From positions 4,417,971-4,481,970 of the forward strand of contig OZ245843.1 in the NCBI GenBank assembly GCA_965228875.1: a stretch of 64,000 nucleotides of DNA. Direction: 5' to 3'. Below are positions 9,186 to 17,216 of this stretch, in pieces. Made by a program: the position numbers and the translations under genes. Under the pieces are notes generated by a model. That model saw only the letters and a list, made by a program, of their open reading frames with translations, ran no database searches and was not told the origin of the DNA. Each line of letters begins with the position of its first letter. Positions within the stretch are counted from its first letter, which is position 1. The DNA is from Thalassobaculaceae bacterium (lineage in GTDB: Bacteria > Pseudomonadota > Alphaproteobacteria > Thalassobaculales > Thalassobaculaceae).

Positions 9186-11015
9186 GTGAGCGCGGTCGGC
9201 CTGGAGCGGCGTCCCGTGGCCTGGCCCGCGACCGTGGCGGCGGTGTTCGTCTCGCTCGCGGTCCATGGTCTGGCGGTCTACTGGCTCGACCGGCGGGATA
9301 GGGACGGTGAACCGCTGCGCCCCGGGCCGCTGACCAGCAGCATCGACCTGTCCGGCGTCGACGTCCCCCAGTCCCGGGCGGAATCGACGCAACCGGAAAC
9401 CACGCCGTCGCCCGAGGCAGAGGCAACGTCCGCCGCCTATGGCGCCGTCGGGATCCGCAGCAGCCGCGCCGAACCGGCCGTGCCGGAGCGGAAGGCGATC
9501 GCCGGCGCGCACGCCCCGTCTGAGCGGTTGTCCGGAGCACCGGGCGACGGCCGCACCGTGGAGGCCGGCGCGCCGCAGAGCCCTCGGCTGGCGACGCGCC
9601 CACCGGCGGCGGATCGGACCGCCGGTACGCCGCCTGAAGGAGAGAGACTGGCGGGCCGTGAAGCGCCGCTCCCCGCCAGTGCGGTCCCCGCCGCGACGCC
9701 TGCTGGCGAACCGGTGACCACGGCGGTTCCGGGAGACCTGTCGGAGCGGCGATCGGCGGCGTCGCCGGCGGCCGCTGTCACGGTGCCTGACATGCCAAGG
9801 CCCAAGCGGCTGGCCGAGGCGACGGCAGGTGCCGTCCGGGTCACCGGGGCGCAGCCGCCTTCCGCTGTCGCCGTCCAGAGCGCCGCTGCGGCGGATCGCG
9901 GCGAGGTGGTTCGTGCAGTCCGCGGCGAGGAGGTCGCGGCGACGTCGGCGGGCGTTGCGGACCGGGCCGTCGAGGTACCCCCGGCACCGCCGCCGACGGA
10001 CCGTCGCGGTGATATCCGACCGGATGTGACCGAGGCAGCGAGCCGTGCGCCCGAAGTTGCTGAACAGGCGATGGCGACCGTCGCGGGTGAGGCGCCGAGG
10101 GTCGGGAACGCCCCCGCCCGTCTCGACCCGACGGTGGCGTCCGCCGGTCGCGCGACCGCCCTCGACCAAGTCCGGGCGGCGGCGGCACCGGTGCGGATGA
10201 GTTTCGCCGACTTGGCCGAAGCGCTCGCTGTGCTCGGCGACGAGGAATTCGCCCTGCTCACCGACGACGCTCGGGAGATCAGCCTCAGGCGGGCCGACGC
10301 GTTCAAGGGCGAGGTGGGCGACGTCATCGGACAGACGTTGGCATCCTTCCCTTGCAGTCGGTTGCAGGCCCGGTTCGACCCGGATAGCAACGTGATCGAC
10401 GTGCGTGGCCATGTCGCCACGCAGGGTCTCGCCGAGCAGGTGTCGCCGCTGATGGCGCGGGTGACCGGGGGGTCGCTTGCGGTGACCTCCAGCGTCCAGA
10501 TCCTGCCGTCCCCCCAATGCCGGGTGATGACGGCTTACGGCGCCATGGGCATCCCCCAGTCGAGCGACCAGCTCGACGATCCACTGACCGTCGGTCAGGA
10601 AGCTCAGGCCGCAATTCTCGATTTCCGGGTCGGTGCGGTGATGGCCCTGGAGATAGAGACGCCCGACTTCCCGTCGTATATCCGCGTCGACCTGTACAGC
10701 AGCGACGGAAAGGTGCTGCATGTCGTGCCATGGCGCGGGTTCGGGCTGGAGCCCTTCGCCCCGGCGATGGCGCTGCGGGTCGGCGACGGCACCGGCGGCG
10801 GTCCGGTGCTGGAGGCGGCACCGCCGGTCGGCGTCGACGTCGCCGTCATGCTGGCGACCAGCGCGCCCCTGCCCGACGGCGAGCGACCGGTGTCCGAACC
10901 GGCGGACACCTACCAGAAATGGTTGGCGCGGAGCCTCGATGCGGCCGGCCGAAACGACCCGGAGTTCAGGGCCGAGTGGGTCTATGCACTGGTCGAGACG
11001 GTGGCTGCGAACTAA
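9186..11015 (+). CDS. TonB/TolA-like membrane-anchored protein with long Ala/Pro linker and C-terminal Cys-paired/DUF4384-like module
   Basis: N-terminal TM helix with S-x3-H (SLAVH); several hundred low-complexity Ala/Pro residues; C-terminus FRVGAVMALEIETPDFPSYIRVDLYSSDGKVLHVVP resembles DUF4384 rather than TonB_C. Confidence 0.75.
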   Translation: MSAVGLERRPVAWPATVAAVFVSLAVHGLAVYWLDRRDRDGEPLRPGPLTSSIDLSGVDVPQSRAESTQPETTPSPEAEATSAAYGAVGIRSSRAEPAVPERKAIAGAHAPSERLSGAPGDGRTVEAGAPQSPRLATRPPAADRTAGTPPEGERLAGREAPLPASAVPAATPAGEPVTTAVPGDLSERRSAASPAAAVTVPDMPRPKRLAEATAGAVRVTGAQPPSAVAVQSAAAADRGEVVRAVRGEEVAATSAGVADRAVEVPPAPPPTDRRGDIRPDVTEAASRAPEVAEQAMATVAGEAPRVGNAPARLDPTVASAGRATALDQVRAAAAPVRMSFADLAEALAVLGDEEFALLTDDAREISLRRADAFKGEVGDVIGQTLASFPCSRLQARFDPDSNVIDVRGHVATQGLAEQVSPLMARVTGGSLAVTSSVQILPSPQCRVMTAYGAMGIPQSSDQLDDPLTVGQEAQAAILDFRVGAVMALEIETPDFPSYIRVDLYSSDGKVLHVVPWRGFGLEPFAPAMALRVGDGTGGGPVLEAAPPVGVDVAVMLATSAPLPDGERPVSEPADTYQKWLARSLDAAGRNDPEFRAEWVYALVETVAAN

Positions 11016-11199
11016 GAGCGAAGCCCGGCCGAGTCGAATTGACTCCCGGCCCCGGAAACACCACCATCCGACCTATACGGGAGGAGGCGCTCCCGGTGAT
11101 TCCGAATGACATCGCAGCAACGGGCGGCCGCTCGAAGCCGGTCGCGCATGTTTCGGGGCCGGGCGTCTCATGCCGGCCGATCGACGTGAGGAGGTGGGG

Positions 11200-11856
11200 A
11201 TGATCTGCAATCGCCGAGGATTTCGGGCAGGTGTTGTCGCGGCCGGAATCCTGTTCATGATCGGCGGCACCTTGCAGGCGGCCGACAAGAGCGTTCGGCA
11301 GTTCGGAGAGAGCGCGACCAAGTCTCAGATGCTCGACTATCTGCTGAACTCGCCGGCCCCAACAGCGGCCCCGGCGGCGGTCGATAGCGACCTGCTCAAA
11401 GGCCTGCCGGCCAGGGTCGATCCGAACAGCGTGGCGACGCGCGGCGGCATTCTCAAGCCGGAGCGCGCGACGCCGAGCGTGACGGCCCAGTCACCCTGTC
11501 CTGTGACGGACAAGGCGTTCGGTACAACCGTCAACTTCGCCGTCGGCTCCTACTATCTGGAGCCGTCGACCTTCTCGGTTCTGGGCGAGGTGGCCGACCT
11601 GATGACCGATGAGAAGCTGAAGGACTGCGCCTTCGTGGTCGAGGGACACACCGATTCCACGGGCAATCCGGATAAGAACAAGGTCCTGTCAAAGCAGCGG
11701 GCGGAGACGGTCGTGAAGTATCTCGAGAGCCATGGCGTGGCGGACTCGCGGATGGAACTCGAGGGCAAGGGGAGCACCGAGCCGGCGGACCCGGTCAATC
11801 CGGCGGCCGATATCAACCGGCGGGTCCAGTTCCGTTTCGTCGACCGTCAGGGCTGA
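11200..11856 (+). CDS. OmpA-like peptidoglycan-binding domain protein with signal peptide
   Basis: VNFAVGS...VEGHTDSTG...NKVLSKQRAETV...NRRVQF; GAGGAGG RBS. Confidence 0.92.
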   Translation: MICNRRGFRAGVVAAGILFMIGGTLQAADKSVRQFGESATKSQMLDYLLNSPAPTAAPAAVDSDLLKGLPARVDPNSVATRGGILKPERATPSVTAQSPCPVTDKAFGTTVNFAVGSYYLEPSTFSVLGEVADLMTDEKLKDCAFVVEGHTDSTGNPDKNKVLSKQRAETVVKYLESHGVADSRMELEGKGSTEPADPVNPAADINRRVQFRFVDRQG

Positions 11857-11900
11857 CGGTCTGGTCGGGCGATGGCACCACCGAGGCCGACGCGCAACGC

Positions 11901-12491
11901 TCAGCCCGTCGGCCTGCGGTGTCGGGTGGTCAGCGCGCCGTCCGTGAGCGTGTAAACCGCGACCTGCTCCCCGGCATCCTCCTCGGCGACGAAGCCGGCC
12001 AGGGGGCCGAAGAACGGTGTCAGGGAATCCGGTGTACCGGTCTTCAGGAAAAGGTGCAGCGCCCTCGGATCGTAGTAGCGGAAGGCGAGGCTGCGCCCGT
12101 CCTCGGTCATCACGATGTTGAATTTCCGCAGGTGACGCCGCAGCGCCGTCAGCTCGAGCGGCGACAGGATGTAGATCCCCCAGGCCTGCCCCCAGCCGTC
12201 GCGCAGGAGCCAGTCGGCCAGCAGCGACCCCTCCTCGATTTCCATCAGGTAGGGCGCGACTTCCGCAAGATCCTCGGCCAGTTCGCCCTGGTAGAGCGAA
12301 CGGACCCCCGCGCCCGTTCCCTTCAGTTTGCGGTGGATCGCGGTGTCGCGGGCCGCATCCAATGCCGCGAACAGGCGCACGCCGCCGTTCCCCGATCGGG
12401 CGTCGCGCAGGATGTCGGCGAGCAACTGGCGTCGCGCCTCGATGATGTTGCGGGAAGGGACGCCGGCATCCGGCGTGCCGATCATGCTCAT
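11901..12491 (-). CDS. DUF4123 T6SS effector chaperone (Tap-1/TEC-like)
   Basis: LFAALDAAR...SLYQG...VAPYL...WGIY...LRRHLRKF...FRYYDPRAL; ATGA-coupled to vgrG. Confidence 0.9.
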   Translation of the reverse strand: MSMIGTPDAGVPSRNIIEARRQLLADILRDARSGNGGVRLFAALDAARDTAIHRKLKGTGAGVRSLYQGELAEDLAEVAPYLMEIEEGSLLADWLLRDGWGQAWGIYILSPLELTALRRHLRKFNIVMTEDGRSLAFRYYDPRALHLFLKTGTPDSLTPFFGPLAGFVAEEDAGEQVAVYTLTDGALTTRHRRPTG

Positions 12492-14542
12492 GCGCCGGCC
12501 TCCCCGCAGATCTCGCAGAACGGAGTGCCCTTGACGGCGGCCTCGCGCAGGGCCGCGATCTGGCTGACGCGCTTGCGGGTGCCGGTACCCTTCGGCACGG
12601 TCTTCGGGCTGGTCAGGTCGGTCGTCGCACCCGGCTGGCCGTCATCGGCTGCCGCGGGCGCGTCCGGCGCCTGCGGGTTTGCGCTCAGGCTGCCCGATGA
12701 GCCGCCGCTGTTGATGAGAACCATCGGGCCCTGGATGGTCACGCCGCTGGGCCCCAGCGTGATGAAGCCCGCGCCGGCCTTGATGGTCAGCATCATCCCG
12801 GCCTCGATCATCACCTCCATGCCGGCCTTCACCGCGTAGTTCGTACCGGCCTTGGCGTGGAATTCCTGGGCGATGTCGAGGGAGTCGATACCGCCGATCC
12901 GGGTTGACCGGTCGCCACCGACATCTTCGTGCTGGTCGCCGCCGACCTTCTCGAACCGATCGTTGACGACGGTCTCGTGATGCTGGTCGCCCACATGGCT
13001 CCGCAGCGTCTCCTTGATCCGGAGGTCCATGTCCTTCTGGCCGTGCACGAAGATCTGCTCGCTACCGGCCTTGTCCTCGAACCGCAATTCGTTGAACCCG
13101 CCGCCGCCGGGAGAGGAGTTCGTCTTGATCGTCGAGCGGGTCTTGTGACCGGGCGGATCGTAGACCGGTTCGTTGACGGCGTTGTGGACGACCCCGGTGA
13201 TTAGCGGCCGGTCGGGATCTCCCTCCAGGAACGAGACGGCGACCTCCATGCCGATCCGCGGGATGAAGGTCTGGCCGAAGCGGATACCCGCCCATCCCTG
13301 GGCGACCCTGATCCAGCAGGAGCTCTTCTCGTCGTAGGCGCCGCGCCGATCCCAGTGAAACTGCACCTTCACCCGGCCGTGCCTGTCGACGTGGATCTCC
13401 TCGCCGCCCGGACCGGTGACGATGGCGGTCTGCAGGCCGTCGATCGTCGGTTTCGACGTGACCCGCGGAGCGCGGAACTGGGTGTCGGCGGGAATGCACT
13501 CGAAGGTCCCGCGGTATCGGGCGCCTCGCGGTTCGCCGAACTCCCAGTTGTTCTCCGCTTCGTGGGCGACGCGGGTGACAAGGTGGGAGACGTTGTAGCC
13601 TTCCACCTCGTGCTCGACGAGGTCGAAGGTGAAGCCTGGACAGATGGTGAACTCGTTGGTGGTTCCGGTCCGCATCCGACTGCGCGCCTCGAGGGCCTCC
13701 ATCCGGACCGAGGCGAAGGTGTCGCCGTCGCTCATCTCGCGGTAACGGCCGGGATAGTCGAAGACCTCCAGATCCTGGGCCGCCGGCAGGCCGGCGTTCG
13801 ATCCGATCCCGGCGATCAGCGAGGCCCGCGGCTTGAGCGGGTCGAAGTCGTTGAGCGTGACCCGGCCCGAGGTCACGCTTGCCACCTCCCGCCATTCCGA
13901 CACGCCGGACTCGTCGTCCCCCATCTCCTGGCGGGCCGCCCGAAGGGTGGCGCCACCGGCGATCGGCTGGTGCGCCATGGCCGTGTCGGCGAGCACCAGC
14001 GTGTGCCGGTCGTCCTCATGCTCGAAGTAGTAGTAGATCCCCTCTTCCTCGAAGAGCCTGGACAGGAAGGCGAACGAGGTCTCGCGGTACTGGACGCAAT
14101 AGGTCCGGTTGGCGAAGGCGCCGGACGTCTCGACGCGGAAATCGGTGAAGTTCATCTCGCCGAAGATCTCCTCGGCGATGGCGATCACGGATTTCTCCTG
14201 GAAGATCCTCGAGTCGGCCCGCAGCGACAGGAACCAGAACCAGGGACGCAGCGTGAGGGAGTAATGGTGGACCTGGTCGCTCTGCCGATAGCCGTCATAC
14301 TCGAAGGCGGCGACATACCCGTGAAAGTGCCGGTCGCGGCCCTCGACCGTCGTCAGCGTCACCACCGCCGGCAGCCCGAGAATCTCCGACGGGTCCGCGA
14401 TCGGATCGAGGGCGAAGGCCCGCACCCGGAACGCGAACAGTTCCGAGAGCGCTTCCTCGCCGGCCACCGATACGGCGAAGAGCCGGTCCGGTCCGAGCGG
14501 GGTGGCCATCCGCAGCAAATGGCTCGACTGGGCTCGATCCAT
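12488..14542 (-). CDS. vgrG: T6SS spike protein VgrG
   Basis: YCVQYRETSFAFLSRLFEEEGIYYYF, GRVKVQFHWDR, SCWIRVAQGWAG, PRIGMEVAVSFLEGDPDRP, FNELRFEDKAGSEQ; short C-terminal extension ending PFCEIC; start set at MDRAQSS. Confidence 0.97.
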   Translation of the reverse strand: MDRAQSSHLLRMATPLGPDRLFAVSVAGEEALSELFAFRVRAFALDPIADPSEILGLPAVVTLTTVEGRDRHFHGYVAAFEYDGYRQSDQVHHYSLTLRPWFWFLSLRADSRIFQEKSVIAIAEEIFGEMNFTDFRVETSGAFANRTYCVQYRETSFAFLSRLFEEEGIYYYFEHEDDRHTLVLADTAMAHQPIAGGATLRAARQEMGDDESGVSEWREVASVTSGRVTLNDFDPLKPRASLIAGIGSNAGLPAAQDLEVFDYPGRYREMSDGDTFASVRMEALEARSRMRTGTTNEFTICPGFTFDLVEHEVEGYNVSHLVTRVAHEAENNWEFGEPRGARYRGTFECIPADTQFRAPRVTSKPTIDGLQTAIVTGPGGEEIHVDRHGRVKVQFHWDRRGAYDEKSSCWIRVAQGWAGIRFGQTFIPRIGMEVAVSFLEGDPDRPLITGVVHNAVNEPVYDPPGHKTRSTIKTNSSPGGGGFNELRFEDKAGSEQIFVHGQKDMDLRIKETLRSHVGDQHHETVVNDRFEKVGGDQHEDVGGDRSTRIGGIDSLDIAQEFHAKAGTNYAVKAGMEVMIEAGMMLTIKAGAGFITLGPSGVTIQGPMVLINSGGSSGSLSANPQAPDAPAAADDGQPGATTDLTSPKTVPKGTGTRKRVSQIAALREAAVKGTPFCEICGEAGA

Positions 14543-14705
14543 GTGAGGTCCGCTTCTCCCTGAGCCGGGTCTCGGTCGCATCATATCCAGGGCCGGGGGC
14601 CTCGGCCATAGATCGAATGTCTCGGGGTGGTGTAGCGCAAGTTGCGCGTTTCCTCTACAAGTTCCCCGGATCGTTGGGGTGGCAGTTCTTATTCTGGAGA
14701 GCACG

Positions 14706-17216
14706 ATGACCCGGAACGGTAGATCCTCAACCGCCACCGGCCGGACCGGCCCGTTGGGGCGTGGCCTGCTCGTCGGGGCCGCCTTCCTTGTCGCCCTGGG
14801 GGTCGGTGTCCGAGTGTCTCCAGAAGGCGCCGCGACCGTCGCGGTCAGCACGGCCGAGGCCCAGGGGGCGAGGACGATGCTGCGCAACAGCAGCCGGGTG
14901 GTCCGCGACGCCATCCGCAACCAGATCCGCCAGGCGCTCACCGTGCGCCTGCGGGTCCAGGCGCCGCCGCGGGCGGAGGTCCAGCGGGTCGAATGGTCGT
15001 CGGACGGCACGATGGCCGCGGCCTTGCTCGCCGACGGATCGGGCGACGTCTGGTTTCTCGATCAGGGCGCCACCCTGCGGCTGCCGGTTCTCGGGGCTCC
15101 GCCTTTCCGCGACGTCGTGCTCTCGCCGGGCGGCGGCGGGTTGGTGGCCGTGATCGACCGCGACGACCGGGTCGCGATCGCCACGCTCGGCGCCCCGGCG
15201 CGGCGCGGTCCGACCGATTTTCCGGGCGGTCGTCCGGTGGCGCTGACGCCGCGCGGCGACCGCGCGGGCGTGCTGGTGTCCACCGTCGGCGGTACGGTGG
15301 TCGAGATCGGCGTCGACGGCTCCGCCAGGCGGCTCTGGTCCGCCGATGGCGGTACCATCGACGGGATCGACGCCGATTCCGATGGAGACCGCGTCGTCGT
15401 GCATGCCGATGGCCGGGTCGTCGAGCTGGCGATCGGACCGTCAGGACCGGCGACGGTCGAGGAAACCTGGCGGCTGACCGGCGTGCGGGATGTTGTCTAT
15501 GCGGCCAGTGGCCCGGTGGCGCTCCTGGACGATGGGACGGTCCATCGGCTGTCATCGGACGGCACCCGGTCCGCCGCCGAAAGTCCTGTGTCGGGAGACC
15601 GGCTTCTGGCGTCCGACGACGGCGCCTTCGCCGTGCTGACCGATGACGGCGACGGGGCGGTCTGGCCCGGAACGGGGAATGCCCGACCGGCCCGCTTCGC
15701 CATCGGTGCCGAGAATGTTGCCGAGGCGACGCTGACTCCGGGCGCCGCGCTGGTGATGGTGCGGCGGGAGAATGGCTGGGTCGACGGACATGACGTTGCC
15801 ACGGCGGCCGGCGGCCGGGTGCTGCGCATGGTCGCCACCCGCTCCGGCTGGGCCGCCGTGGATAGCCGCGGGCGCTATGACGGATCCTTGGACGCCCTCA
15901 CGGAGGTCGGTTGGGGCGACGACGGCACCTTCATCGAGTTGGAGCGGTTCGCGGAACTGTATTTCGAGCCAGGCCTGGTTCGCCGCTACCTGGCGCGTCG
16001 GCGCGATTTTCTGACCGCGCCGCCGGAACCGATTGTCGACGACACCGAGATCGCGGCGCCGCCGGAGGTGTCGGTGTCCGTGGACCGGGCGCCGGCCACG
16101 GCCGGACAGGCCCTCGTCGCCTCCGGATCCGTCACGTCCCCCGAACCGGTGGTCGAGGTGCGGGTGTTCCACAACGGCCGCGCCCTGCCGCCCGAGGCGG
16201 TCGTCACCGGTACCAGTGACGACGGCGGTGTTCAGACGGTCACCGTGACGACCGACACGCAGGCGAGCGAGGGGGAGAACACCCTCCAGGTCGTTGCCCA
16301 GACCGAGTCCGGCCTGGTCACGGCATCCGATGTGCAGACGGTCACGGTGGCGCCGCCGCCGGCCCCGCCTCCGGCACCCCGCCTGGTGGTCAAGAGTTTC
16401 GGGATCAACGACTACGCCAGCCCTGAGCTGAAACTGAATTTCGCCGCCGCCGACGCGGAGGCCATCGCCGACCGGTTCTCCCGGTCCGAGGTGTTCGAAC
16501 CCTCCTACCGGACCAAGGACGTCTATCTGGATTCCAATGCCGGACGGTCCACGATCCTCGGTCAGATGCAGAGCCTGCAGTCGCTTGGCGCCGACGATAT
16601 GGCCGTCATCTTTCTGTCCGGTCACGGGGTGGCGACCCCTGACCTGGGCGACTGGTACTTCCTGCCCTACGAGGCCCGCAGCCTGAGCGATCTGGACCAC
16701 ATCGCCGGGGTCGGGATCAGCGACGGCTTTCTCGTCTCGGCGATCACCGATCTCAAGGTCGACCGGGTGCTGCTGATGATAGATAGCTGCCAGTCCGGCG
16801 TGGTCGCCGACGAGTTCTCGCGCTACCGACAGCGCCGCTCCCTCAAGCGGATCGCCGACCGCACCGGAATACAGATCCTCACGGCGACCCGGCCCGACCA
16901 GCTAGCACTGGAGGTGCGCGAACTCGGCCATGGCCTCTTCGCCTATGTCGTGCTTGCCGCGCTCGATCGCGACTCGCGCGGACGCTACCGCGCCGATCTG
17001 GGGCCGATCGACGGACGTGTCTCGGTCGCCGAACTGAGGTCCTACGTCGAGACGAACGTACCGGTGGTGGCCCAGACACTGATGGAGGCGATGGGTCGCA
17101 GCGGACAGGGAACGCAGGTCGCCTCGGCTGCATCCACCCGGACCCGCGGCGGCGCCGGGACGAGCGTGGTGATGCCGGTCTCGGCGGCCTATGGCCGGAA
17201 CTTCACTGTCTACTGA
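14706..17216 (+). CDS. Exported beta-propeller (WD40-like) plus caspase-like peptidase C14 protein
   Basis: Signal peptide ending AEA-Q; repeat-rich middle; Ig-like segment (VRVFHNG...GENTLQVVA); C14 domain GINDY...LNFAAADA...FLSGHG...IDSCQSG...GHGLFAY with catalytic His and Cys intact. Confidence 0.88.
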   Translation: MTRNGRSSTATGRTGPLGRGLLVGAAFLVALGVGVRVSPEGAATVAVSTAEAQGARTMLRNSSRVVRDAIRNQIRQALTVRLRVQAPPRAEVQRVEWSSDGTMAAALLADGSGDVWFLDQGATLRLPVLGAPPFRDVVLSPGGGGLVAVIDRDDRVAIATLGAPARRGPTDFPGGRPVALTPRGDRAGVLVSTVGGTVVEIGVDGSARRLWSADGGTIDGIDADSDGDRVVVHADGRVVELAIGPSGPATVEETWRLTGVRDVVYAASGPVALLDDGTVHRLSSDGTRSAAESPVSGDRLLASDDGAFAVLTDDGDGAVWPGTGNARPARFAIGAENVAEATLTPGAALVMVRRENGWVDGHDVATAAGGRVLRMVATRSGWAAVDSRGRYDGSLDALTEVGWGDDGTFIELERFAELYFEPGLVRRYLARRRDFLTAPPEPIVDDTEIAAPPEVSVSVDRAPATAGQALVASGSVTSPEPVVEVRVFHNGRALPPEAVVTGTSDDGGVQTVTVTTDTQASEGENTLQVVAQTESGLVTASDVQTVTVAPPPAPPPAPRLVVKSFGINDYASPELKLNFAAADAEAIADRFSRSEVFEPSYRTKDVYLDSNAGRSTILGQMQSLQSLGADDMAVIFLSGHGVATPDLGDWYFLPYEARSLSDLDHIAGVGISDGFLVSAITDLKVDRVLLMIDSCQSGVVADEFSRYRQRRSLKRIADRTGIQILTATRPDQLALEVRELGHGLFAYVVLAALDRDSRGRYRADLGPIDGRVSVAELRSYVETNVPVVAQTLMEAMGRSGQGTQVASAASTRTRGGAGTSVVMPVSAAYGRNFTVY

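Noticed and set aside
14635..14647. GCGCAA-G-TTGCGC palindrome in the vgrG/caspase divergent region
   Set aside because: Short, single copy and not assignable to a regulator; plausible by chance.
14543..15010. N-terminal extension of the VgrG ORF to 15010
   Set aside because: Overlaps the divergent caspase gene and lacks VgrG similarity; ATG at 14542 fits better.
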